32,000 bases of DNA, from NCBI RefSeq assembly GCF_000196355.1, contig NC_007614.1, positions 1,260,001-1,292,000 of the forward strand, given 5' to 3'. The position numbers and the translations under genes were made by a program. Source of the DNA: Nitrosospira multiformis ATCC 25196. Lineage in GTDB: Bacteria; Pseudomonadota; Gammaproteobacteria; Burkholderiales; Nitrosomonadaceae. This document shows positions 20,908 through 30,141 of the stretch, one piece after another. Under the pieces are notes generated by a model. That model was not told the origin of the DNA and did not search any database. It worked only from the letters and a program-made list of their open reading frames with translations. Each line of letters opens with the position of its first letter. Positions within the stretch are counted from its first letter, which is position 1.

Positions 20908-22386
20908 ATGCATATATCACGTCTTTGCCGTATTTTGTCGACCCTGATTCTTGTTTCGCCACTCCCGCCGGCCTTGGCTCTGGAGCCTTCGACGATTCCT
21001 GCCATTACCCCGCCTCCGGCGCTTCCGCCAGCTATGGCGCCCGCCCCCGCGCCCCCTGTCATGCCTGCACCCCGGTCGCCGGCGCTGCCGCCGGCCACTG
21101 CACCCGGTCCAACCGTGCCCGGACCGGCAACGGGACGGGTACCCGGCTTGCTGGCTCCTGCCGCACCGGGTCCGACCATGCCAACGCCAACGACGCCACC
21201 TTCCCAAGTTCTCACCATTGAGGAGTTGCAGCGACTGGGATTGAGGGCCAATGGCCTGGTGCAGGCAGCCAATTTCCAAATAAAAGCTGCGGAAGCGGGT
21301 GTGGTGGGTGCTTCGGCTTACCCCAACCCGCAACTCACCTTCATGGCAGGCCCCCAGCATGCGCGGGTCGTGCCGCAGGCCTTGCCTGCAAACAGCCACC
21401 GTCAATTTACTATATCTCAGACGATCGAGAATCCGTTCCTGCGGAGCGCGCGCATCGACTCGGCAGAAGCAGGAGTGGATGCCAGTCATGCAGGCCTGGA
21501 GCAGGTGAGGGCCGATTTGGCGGCGCAACTGCGGGTTGCCGCCTATGAACTGATCCTGCGTCAGGAAGTGGCGCGAGTGGAGGCAAGCGTTTCCGATTTG
21601 ATGGAGGAAATACGTCGCCGCGTCAGGATGCGTGTCGATGTGGGGGAGGCGCCGCGCTTCGAACTGATCAGGGCCGAAACGGAAGTTCTGGCCGCAGCTT
21701 CGCGTAAGGAAGCGGCGCAGTTGAATGCGCAGAGGGCTCGCATAGCCCTGATTCAGCTTACCGCTGGTGCTTTGCAGCCTGATTTCCAGGTAACGGGGTC
21801 GCTGACAGAGTCCGTAAACCTTCCTCCTCTCGAAGAACTGCGCGAAACTGTGCCTGCAGTCAATCCCGAGGTGACGCGCCTGGAGGCCGAATGGAAGCGG
21901 GCCCGGCGGCGAATCGACCAGGAACGTGCGGCGGTGCTGCCATCGTTAACGGTATTGCTCAGCAATTTTCAGGAGGCGCAATACACCTCGAACCTGGCAG
22001 GCGTAAACGTAACCATCCCTTTGTTTTATCGGCGGCGTGGGGAGATCAACGCCGCTGTAGCGGATTCCGAGCGGGCGCGCGGGATACTGGAGTTTCGGCG
22101 CTTCGAAATAGGGCAGTTGCTTGAATCCGCCTGGCAGGCCAAGCAGATCGCCCAGCGCAGAGTGGACATGTTCGAAGGCGGATTGGTGAAGGAAGCGGAA
22201 AACGCTCTGGAAATTGCGCAGGCAGCCTATCGGTTTGGCGAACGGGGCCTGATCGAAGTGCTCGATACGCAGCGCGTGCTGCGCGGCGTGCTTTCGGATC
22301 TCCTGCAGGCGCGCTTCGATTTGCAGGCTGCGGTTACAGAGATCGATCGCCTGCGAGCCTATTATCCCAAGGAAGACCTCGAATGA
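20908..22386 (+). CDS. Outer-membrane efflux protein (TolC/CzcC family) with Pro/Ala-rich N-terminal region
   Basis: Signal peptide MHISRLCRILSTLILVSPLPPALA, a Pro/Ala-rich stretch, then OMF-like helical repeats (ANFQIKAAEAGVVGASAYPNPQLTFMAG; QRRVDMFEGGLVKEAENALEIAQAAYRFGERGLIEVLDTQRVLRGVLSDLLQARFDLQAAVTEIDRL). Confidence 0.88.
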   Translation: MHISRLCRILSTLILVSPLPPALALEPSTIPAITPPPALPPAMAPAPAPPVMPAPRSPALPPATAPGPTVPGPATGRVPGLLAPAAPGPTMPTPTTPPSQVLTIEELQRLGLRANGLVQAANFQIKAAEAGVVGASAYPNPQLTFMAGPQHARVVPQALPANSHRQFTISQTIENPFLRSARIDSAEAGVDASHAGLEQVRADLAAQLRVAAYELILRQEVARVEASVSDLMEEIRRRVRMRVDVGEAPRFELIRAETEVLAAASRKEAAQLNAQRARIALIQLTAGALQPDFQVTGSLTESVNLPPLEELRETVPAVNPEVTRLEAEWKRARRRIDQERAAVLPSLTVLLSNFQEAQYTSNLAGVNVTIPLFYRRRGEINAAVADSERARGILEFRRFEIGQLLESAWQAKQIAQRRVDMFEGGLVKEAENALEIAQAAYRFGERGLIEVLDTQRVLRGVLSDLLQARFDLQAAVTEIDRLRAYYPKEDLE

Positions 22387-23534
22387 AAATCACCCTGCCG
22401 TTAATCGGCATCATGCTTGTATTGCTTATTGCTGGTTGCGGGGGCGGGAAGCCTGCAGACAAGGAGGAGACTGTCAAAGAAGAGCCGGAAAACCCGGATC
22501 TCGTCACGCTTGAGCCTGAAAAGACGCATCATGTCAAGGTTGGGGAACCCACCTTGATCAATATCGCCGACAAGCTGCAGGCGCCGAGCCAGGTCGAGGT
22601 GGATGAGCACAGGCTGGTCCGTGTCGGGGCCAACGTCACCGGCCGGATTATCGATGTGTACGCCATGCTGGGTGACAATGTCGAGGCGGGCGCCGAGCTC
22701 GCCCGTATTTCCAGTCCGGAGCTGACCCAGGCGCAACTGGCTTACCTGCGGGCATTCTCCCTTGAAACCCTGGCGGAAAAAGCAGCCGAGCGGGCGCGCC
22801 ACTTGCTCGCCGCGGATGTCATCAGCGTGGCGGAAATGCAGCGGCGCGAGTCTGAACTGCAGGTTTCACAGGCAGAACTGGGGGCGGCAGCAGATCAACT
22901 GCGCTTGCTGGGCATGGGCAGCAGAGCCATAAACAAGCTCGGAAAAGAGGGAACCATCATGCCGTCAGTAGCGATCAAGACCTCCAAGCCGGGCACCGTT
23001 ATCGAACGGAATGTAGCCATTGGACAGGTAGTCCAGCCCTCCGACCTGTTGTTTCAGGTTGCCGATCTTTCTTCCGTTTGGGTCGTGGGTGACGTACCGG
23101 AGCAGATTGCGCGCGATGTGCAGGTGGGCCAGCACGTGGAGATTCATGTTCCGGCGCTGGGAAATATCAGCTTCGACGGTTTGATCATCTTCGTCGCCGA
23201 TACCGTGAATCCGTTGACGAGGACTGTGATGGTGCGCACCGTTGTAGAAAACCCGCGGAGGAAGCTCAAGCCCGCCATGCTCGCGAGCATGCATATTCTG
23301 GACAACCCCGTTGAAAGTCTGGTGGTGCCGGAGACAGCGGTGGTGCGCGAAAACAATCAGGATTATGTATTTCTTGCCCAGGGCGACAACCGGTTCCTTC
23401 GCGTTCCTGTCGAACTGGGTGCAGAGGTAGGGGATATGCGCCCTGTGCTGAAAGGCCTTTCCATCGACCAGACCATCGTGGTCGACGGCGCATTTCACCT
23501 GGAAAACGAGCGCAAGCTCGCCGAACTGGAATAA
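22383..23534 (+). CDS. RND efflux periplasmic adaptor (membrane fusion protein, CzcB/CusB family)
   Basis: Lipoprotein-like N-terminus (LLIAGCGGGKPAD), PSVAIKTSKPGTVIERNVAIGQVVQPSDLLFQVADLSSVWVVGDVPEQIARDVQVGQHVEIHVPALG. ATGA overlap with the OMF gene. Confidence 0.9.
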   Translation: MKITLPLIGIMLVLLIAGCGGGKPADKEETVKEEPENPDLVTLEPEKTHHVKVGEPTLINIADKLQAPSQVEVDEHRLVRVGANVTGRIIDVYAMLGDNVEAGAELARISSPELTQAQLAYLRAFSLETLAEKAAERARHLLAADVISVAEMQRRESELQVSQAELGAAADQLRLLGMGSRAINKLGKEGTIMPSVAIKTSKPGTVIERNVAIGQVVQPSDLLFQVADLSSVWVVGDVPEQIARDVQVGQHVEIHVPALGNISFDGLIIFVADTVNPLTRTVMVRTVVENPRRKLKPAMLASMHILDNPVESLVVPETAVVRENNQDYVFLAQGDNRFLRVPVELGAEVGDMRPVLKGLSIDQTIVVDGAFHLENERKLAELE

Positions 23535-23537
23535 TCC

Positions 23538-26500
23538 ATGCTGGCATCAATCGTTCGCGTGATGCTCAAGCAACGCCTGATAGTGGTGGTCATCGCGCTG
23601 GGGCTGGTGGCTGCCGGCATGCACGCCTCAACCAAGCTGTCGGTAGATGCCTTTCCAGACGTGACCAACGTGCAGGTGCAGGTCGCCACCGAGGCGCCGG
23701 GCCGCAGCCCCGAAGAGATCGAGCGTATTGTCACCGTACCGGTGGAAATTGCAATGACCGGATTGCCCGGCCTGGTGGAAATGCGCTCTCTGAACAAGAG
23801 CGGAATATCGCTCATCACGTTGGTTTTCACCGATCAGACCGATGTCTATTTTGCGCGCCAGCTGGTAATGGAGCGGTTGCTGGAGGTTGCCAGCAAGATG
23901 CCTCCCGGTATTACCCCGGTACTTGGCCCTGTCACTACCGGCCTGGGGGAAGTCTATCAATATACCCTGGAGCATCCCGATGACGGCAAGAAAGCGCTTT
24001 CAGTGGAGGAGCTGACGCGGCGGCGCACCATACAGGACTGGGTAGTACGGCCGTTGTTGCGTTCGGTGCAGGGGGTGGCCGAAATCAATTCGCAGGGGGG
24101 TTACGTCAAGCAATATCATGTGCTGGTCAATCCTGATCGCCTGCGTCACTACGATCTGACCTTGGCGCAGGTGGATCAGGCGATCGCGAGCAATAACGCC
24201 AACTCGAGCGGCAATCTATTGCCCCTGCATGCCGAGCAGTACCTGATCAGGGGTGTCGGACTGATCCAGTCTTTGGATGACATCAGAAACATTGTTCTGA
24301 AAGAAGTCGACGGCGTCCCCGTGTTCGTACGGGATGTCGCCGAGGTGAAATTCGGGGCGGAAGTGCGGCAGGGCGCGAGCATCAAGGGCGGATATACCGA
24401 GTCCGTCGCGGCTATTGTGATGATGCTGCGGGGTGGGAATGCGAAGGAAATTGTCGGGCGGATAAAGGCAAAGGTTGCCGAAATCAATGATCGCAAGCTG
24501 CTGCCGGGGGGTCTCCAGATCGTTCCATTCTATGATCGTACCGACCTCGTGGATGCTGCATTGTGGACGGTCAGCAAAGTGCTGATGGAAGGCATTTTTC
24601 TGGTTGTGGTCGTATTGTTCATATTTCTGGGGGATGTCCGTTCCAGTCTGATCGTCGTGGCGACGCTGATCATCACACCGCTGATCACCTTTATGGTGAT
24701 GAACCAGCAGGAGATTTCCGCCAACCTGATGTCGCTCGGAGGGCTTGCCATCGCCATTGGTTTGATGGTCGATTCCACCGTGGTAGTGGTGGAAAATGTC
24801 TATCATCGCCTTGGCCATGCGAGCGGCACCCGGGAGTCGAAGCTGCAGAGCATCCTCGATGCCGTCGTCGAGGTGGGAACGCCGGTGATTTTCGGTATTT
24901 GCATCATCATTCTGGTGTTTCTTCCGCTTATGGCGTTGCAGGGCATGGAGGGCAAGATGTTCAGTCCGCTTGCACTCACCATCGCCATTGCATTGGCTGT
25001 ATCGCTGATCGTATCATTGACGCTTTCACCCGTGCTCTGTGCCTACATTCTCAAGGGTGGCGCCGATAAAGACACGCGGATCATAGCCTTCCTCAAGAAG
25101 GCCTATCATCGGTTGCTGAATTCTGCCTTGGCGCACGAGAAAATAACGATCCTCACTGCCATCGGCCTGCTCGCATTATCGTTTTCTTTGTTCCCGCTCC
25201 TCGGTAAATCCTTCATCCCGACCATGCAGGAGGGTTCCATTACGCCTGTCATCATCCGTGTCCCCTCAATATCGCTGGATGAAGCTATCGAGATCGAATC
25301 GGAGGCAATGGCGTTGATTGCGGCAGTGCCGGGTGTCAAGACCGTTGTATCTAAGCTTGGCCGGGGAGAGTCTCCCGCTGACCCCGCCTCGCAGAACGAG
25401 TCTGATCCCATTGCTGCACTGGATCCGGAATCCGGGCGAACCCAGGCGGAAGTCGAGGAGGACATTCGCAAGGTTCTGACGGTCTTACCCGGTGTATCCA
25501 TCGTCTTGTCTCAACCTATCGCACAACGTGTTGACGAGATGGTGACCGGTGTACGCTCGGAGGTTGCCCTCAAAATTTTTGGCGATGATCTGGAAAAGTT
25601 GCGCGAATTGTCTGAACAGGTAGCACGCATTCTGAAGTCTGTACGGGGTGCGCGTGATCTTCGCATCGAGCGCTTATCGGGACAGCAATCCCTGACCATC
25701 GATATCGACCGGTACGCGATCGCTCGTCACGGCCTCAATGTTGCCGATGTGAATGAACTGATCCAGACGGCCATCGGGGGAAAGGCGGTGACGACCGTAT
25801 TCGAGCGTGAACGACGCATAGCGCTTGTTCTGCGCTTTCCGGAGCGGTTTCGCGATGACGTGGAGTCGATTCGTGATCTTCTTCTGCGGCGGGCTGGCGT
25901 ACGTGGCGCGAACGGCGCCTTGGCAAATGGAGGCATCCTGGTACCGCTAAGCGCCGTTGCGGATATTCGTATTGTCGATGGGCCGGCACAGGTATCCCGT
26001 GAATATGCGAAACGGCGGGTGGTGGTAGGGGTTAATGTGCATGAACGCGATCTCGGAGGCTTTGTTGAAGAAGTGCAGCAGCGCATCGCGAAGGAAGTGC
26101 AACTGCCGACAGGCTATTACTTTGTCTGGGGTGGCCAGTTCGAGAACATGGAACGCGCGATGGAAACACTTTCGATAATAGTCCCGCTTACCATCGCTGC
26201 GATTTTCTTCCTGCTGTTTGTGCTGTTCAATTCGATCAAACTCGCCGGACTCATCATCCTCGTGCTGCCATTTGCGTCCATCGGCGGCGTCATAGGACTT
26301 TTTGTCACTGGCGAATATCTTTCAGTGCCGGCCTCCGTAGGTTTTATCGCGTTGTGGGGTATTGCAGTGCTGAATGGGGTCGTGCTGATTTCCTATATCC
26401 GGAAACTGCGCGAACAGGGAGCAAGCGTTGCGGAATCGGTTATCAAGGGCTGTGAGCAACGCTTCCGCCCAGTTTTGATGACAGCAACAGTTGCGATGCT

Positions 26501-26660
26501 TGGCTTGATACCGTTTCTCTTCGCGACCGGTCCGGGTTCGGAAGTGCAGCGTCCCCTCGCCGTGGTAGTCATCGGTGGATTGATCACTTCAACCCTGCTG
26601 ACACTGGTAGTATTGCCGACGTTATACCGCTGGTTCGACGAAAAGCCGGTAGAAATCTGA
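23538..26660 (+). CDS. czcA: Heavy-metal efflux RND transporter, CzcA/CusA family (substrate not assigned)
   Basis: 1040 aa: MLASIVRVMLKQRLIVVVIALGLVAAGMHASTKLSVDAFPDVTNVQVQVATEAPGRSPEEIERIVTVPVEIAMTGLPGLVEMRSLNKSGISLITLVF, typical of heavy-metal-efflux RND pumps, with OMF and MFP genes upstream. Confidence 0.9.
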   Translation: MLASIVRVMLKQRLIVVVIALGLVAAGMHASTKLSVDAFPDVTNVQVQVATEAPGRSPEEIERIVTVPVEIAMTGLPGLVEMRSLNKSGISLITLVFTDQTDVYFARQLVMERLLEVASKMPPGITPVLGPVTTGLGEVYQYTLEHPDDGKKALSVEELTRRRTIQDWVVRPLLRSVQGVAEINSQGGYVKQYHVLVNPDRLRHYDLTLAQVDQAIASNNANSSGNLLPLHAEQYLIRGVGLIQSLDDIRNIVLKEVDGVPVFVRDVAEVKFGAEVRQGASIKGGYTESVAAIVMMLRGGNAKEIVGRIKAKVAEINDRKLLPGGLQIVPFYDRTDLVDAALWTVSKVLMEGIFLVVVVLFIFLGDVRSSLIVVATLIITPLITFMVMNQQEISANLMSLGGLAIAIGLMVDSTVVVVENVYHRLGHASGTRESKLQSILDAVVEVGTPVIFGICIIILVFLPLMALQGMEGKMFSPLALTIAIALAVSLIVSLTLSPVLCAYILKGGADKDTRIIAFLKKAYHRLLNSALAHEKITILTAIGLLALSFSLFPLLGKSFIPTMQEGSITPVIIRVPSISLDEAIEIESEAMALIAAVPGVKTVVSKLGRGESPADPASQNESDPIAALDPESGRTQAEVEEDIRKVLTVLPGVSIVLSQPIAQRVDEMVTGVRSEVALKIFGDDLEKLRELSEQVARILKSVRGARDLRIERLSGQQSLTIDIDRYAIARHGLNVADVNELIQTAIGGKAVTTVFERERRIALVLRFPERFRDDVESIRDLLLRRAGVRGANGALANGGILVPLSAVADIRIVDGPAQVSREYAKRRVVVGVNVHERDLGGFVEEVQQRIAKEVQLPTGYYFVWGGQFENMERAMETLSIIVPLTIAAIFFLLFVLFNSIKLAGLIILVLPFASIGGVIGLFVTGEYLSVPASVGFIALWGIAVLNGVVLISYIRKLREQGASVAESVIKGCEQRFRPVLMTATVAMLGLIPFLFATGPGSEVQRPLAVVVIGGLITSTLLTLVVLPTLYRWFDEKPVEI

Positions 26661-26672
26661 GGAGGAATCAAG

Positions 26673-27052
26673 ATGAAGGAAATTCGTGCGATATGCTGCC
26701 CGGAGCGGCTGCATGAATTGCGGCGGGGATTGCGCGCTATTCCAGGCTTTCCCGGCTTGACAGTGCTTGAAGCAAAGGGACTCTCCGCTCCTGCGCTCAT
26801 CGACAATCCCACCCTGAGGGAGGCACGCACTCACTGATTTCGCCGGAAAAGTCATGCCTTGCACCCTTGTTGCTGATCACCATGGTCGACAGCATTACCG
26901 ACGTTATCATGCGTGAAGGCCGTACCGGCAAGATCGGCGAGGGCCTTATCTGGGTCCTGCCAATTGAATCCGCTCGCTGTATCGCGATGGAAGCAATCTC
27001 TGAGATAGCCTCCTATGTCATGTTAATGCCGTCGAGAGTATCGAATTTTTGA
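26673..27052 (+). pseudogene. Degenerate P-II-like (GlnB/CutA-fold) gene, frameshifted, immediately 3' of the RND pump
   Basis: After a GGAGG RBS: MKEIRAICCPERLHELRRGLRAIPGFPGLTVLEAKGL...LREARTH* (stop 26835-26837). The homology continues in the +1 frame (LTDFAGKVM, 26830-26856), then in a third frame (ITMVDSITDVIMREGRTGKIGEGLIWVLPIESA, ORF from 26867). Confidence 0.8.
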
Positions 27053-27105
27053 AACCCGGCAGCGCGCTACTCAAGGTAAAATAGCGCAGAAAATTTCCTC
27101 AATAA

Positions 27106-27990
<885 letters not shown>

Positions 27991-28184
27991 TTTACTGCTT
28001 CATGGCAAATCCGGGAGGCAAACTGTTACCCCTGGCAAATATTTCGTCCAGATCCTTATGGATTCCCTTTGAGGAGGGAGTTGCCGGACGTTTCTGGGAA
28101 GGAGTGGATCTTTGACGGCGATATCAGATATCGTTTTTACAATCTCATCTCACGCACTGCAGCCCATCCATGTCGCGCGGTAGT

Positions 28185-28190
28185 TATAAT
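28185..28190 (+). promoter_or_regulatory. Candidate -10 element (TATAAT) upstream of slmA
   Basis: Exact TATAAT at 28185-28190, 41 nt before ATG 28232. No good -35 at 17 bp spacing (GCCCAT), so support is weak. Confidence 0.35.
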
Positions 28191-28231
28191 AGGTGGCAGA
28201 GCTTGAAATTCGGTATTGAAGCGAGGAATCA

Positions 28232-28834
28232 ATGACGGGCAGGCCTGGGGAAAGAAAAGATCAGATTCTGCAGGTTCTGGCAGAGATGCTGGAAGAGCCT
28301 AGGGCAGGTAAAATTACCACGGCGGCTCTGGCGGCTAAGCTGGATGTTTCCGAGGCTGCGCTTTACCGTCATTTCGCCAGCAAAGCACAAATGTTTGACA
28401 GTTTGATCGAGTTCATAGAAAAGACCCTGTTCACTTTCATCAATAAGATGGTAGCGGAAGAAAAAAGCGGCATCAGGCAGATCGAAGGCATTCTTGCTCT
28501 ATTGCTTGGTTTTGCAAAGAAAAATCCTGGAATGACCAGAGTGTTGATTGGGGATGCTTTGATAAACGAGAATGAGCGTTTGCAAAATCGCGTCACCCAA
28601 CTGCACGACCGTCTGGAGGCAACGCTCAAGCAGGCATTACGTTTTGCAGTAAGCCAGCGGGAAATAGTAGAGGATCTGGACGTATCCGCTCACGCAAATA
28701 TGCTGCTATGTTATGTTGTGGGCCGTTGGCACCAGTTTGCCAAAAGCGGTTTCAAACGCGATCCGATGGAATATTGGGAAGCACAGTTTAGAGAAATAGT
28801 TTCCAGCAATTCCTTCGGGCAGGTGGTTTCGTAG
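28232..28834 (+). CDS. slmA: SlmA-like nucleoid occlusion factor (TetR family)
   Basis: 200 aa: RKDQILQVLAEMLEEPRAGKITTAALAAKLDVSEAALYRHFASKAQMFDSLIEFIEKTLFTFINKMV. Confidence 0.9.
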   Translation: MTGRPGERKDQILQVLAEMLEEPRAGKITTAALAAKLDVSEAALYRHFASKAQMFDSLIEFIEKTLFTFINKMVAEEKSGIRQIEGILALLLGFAKKNPGMTRVLIGDALINENERLQNRVTQLHDRLEATLKQALRFAVSQREIVEDLDVSAHANMLLCYVVGRWHQFAKSGFKRDPMEYWEAQFREIVSSNSFGQVVS

Positions 28835-29102
28835 CAATGCTGTATTGGGAGGATTGCAATCCTTCTTCTGCCTTTTCTTCGAGGAGCAATGCTTCCTCAT
28901 TACGCCATCGCAATATATTGCACCAAAACACTGTAGTTGTAGGTGAGTAAGCCGCTTTGGCTTTTCAAGACTGTGTCTTCGGTGGAAACCTTGCCTTTTC
29001 CGAAGCCCCACAGCACTGTTTAAATCGGTGCGAAAGGGGTGCCTGGTGAAACCGCCGGGAGGGGTATGCGCTGGGTTCCTCGGCCCCCTCGGAACGCAAG
29101 CG

Positions 29103-29855
29103 CTACGCTGGGTTTCCGCAAACCTCGCACCCTGGATCCTTTCTCAGTTCGGATGATTTCCATTTCATGGCAAGACCGTCCAGCGTAAGCAGGCGGCCGT
29201 TCAAGGTTTGGCCGGCGTTGGTGAGAATTTTTAGTGTTTCTGCAGCCTGCATGCAGCCAATGATTCCTACCAGCGGTGCAAGCACGCCCATCACCCCGCA
29301 GCGCATGTCCTGATCTTCCCCGCCTGCTGGAAACAAGCAGTGATAGCATGGATTGTCTGGGTGCCTGAGATCGAATACCGCGATTTGCCCCTCAAAACGC
29401 ACGGCTGCACCTGATACGAGCGGCTTGCGGAGAAGGACACAAGAATGGTTGATAGCATAACGGGTGGAAAAGTTATCGCTTGCGTCCACGACCACGTCGG
29501 CGTCTCCGACCAGTTGCAGCAATCTTTTTTCATCCATACGCTCGTCGAGTTCGATCACTTCGACTTCAGGGTTGATTTTCGCAAGAGTTTTTCTGGCAGA
29601 GTGTGTTTTTGGTGCGCCAATGTCGTCTGTACCGTGAATGATCTGGCGCTGGAGGTTGGTCAGGTCAACCCTGTCATTGTCACAGATAGTGAGCGTGCCG
29701 ACTCCGCTCGAGGCAAGGTACATGCTGGCAGGAGAGCCGAGTCCTCCCGCCCCGACTACCAGTACATGCGACCGGATCAAGGCTTCCTGCCCCTGTATTC
29801 CTATCTCCGGCAACAGGATGTGACGGCTGTAACGCAGCAACTGATCGTCATTCAT
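29103..29855 (-). CDS. moeB: HesA/MoeB/ThiF family adenylyltransferase (MoeB-like)
   Basis: MNDDQLLRYSRHILLPEIGIQGQEALIRSHVLVVGAGGLGSPASMYLASSGVGTLTICDNDRVDLTNLQRQIIH, plus Zn motifs CYHCLFP and CEVCG. ATG at 29855 fits the family start; the tracked ORF opens at 29960. Confidence 0.9.
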   Translation of the reverse strand: MNDDQLLRYSRHILLPEIGIQGQEALIRSHVLVVGAGGLGSPASMYLASSGVGTLTICDNDRVDLTNLQRQIIHGTDDIGAPKTHSARKTLAKINPEVEVIELDERMDEKRLLQLVGDADVVVDASDNFSTRYAINHSCVLLRKPLVSGAAVRFEGQIAVFDLRHPDNPCYHCLFPAGGEDQDMRCGVMGVLAPLVGIIGCMQAAETLKILTNAGQTLNGRLLTLDGLAMKWKSSELRKDPGCEVCGNPA

Positions 29856-30077
29856 TTGGAAAATGTTTCGCTGCAGTCCGCGAGTGAGAGTGATACGGAC
29901 ATCGTCCTTTTTCAGAAGAAGGGCATAGGGAACATCGCGGATGCGTGGCAACCAATGCATGGGCTACCGATGTGAACTTCCCTGGATGAGGATAAAAGCG
30001 GGAACGCAACAAGCGAGGGGGATATTAAGCGAAGCGTGCTCGACTAATGCACGACATTTGTGAATTTGGCAGGGATG

Positions 30078-30126
30078 CAGGCAGCGAAAGAATTATGGCA
30101 TTTTGCCTCGATTCTTCCGCTGCCTG
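30078..30126. terminator. Strong hairpin just downstream of the ctpA-like gene (- strand); candidate terminator or 3'-end structure
   Basis: CAGGCAGCGAAAGAAT (30078-30093) pairs with ATTCTTCCGCTGCCTG (30111-30126) with one mismatch. An internal GGC/GCC adds to the stem. It starts 16 nt past the gene's stop; no T-tract. Confidence 0.55.
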
Positions 30127-30141
30127 ATGTTCGGGGCTGCC

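Noticed and set aside
20748-21272. 174-aa Gly/Ala-rich minus-strand ORF (AGGSAGDRGAGMTGGAGAG...)
   Set aside because: It is the complement of the Pro/Ala-rich region of the OMF gene. The Gly-richness is explained by complementarity, not a glycine-rich protein.
23644-26086. Several ORFs overlapping the RND pump (for example 24216-24818 -, 24563-25069 +)
   Set aside because: All overlap a 1040-aa gene with strong family similarity; no independent signal.
29020-29349. 109-aa plus-strand ORF near the moeB-like gene end
   Set aside because: Mostly antisense to the MoeB-like coding sequence; no recognisable domain.
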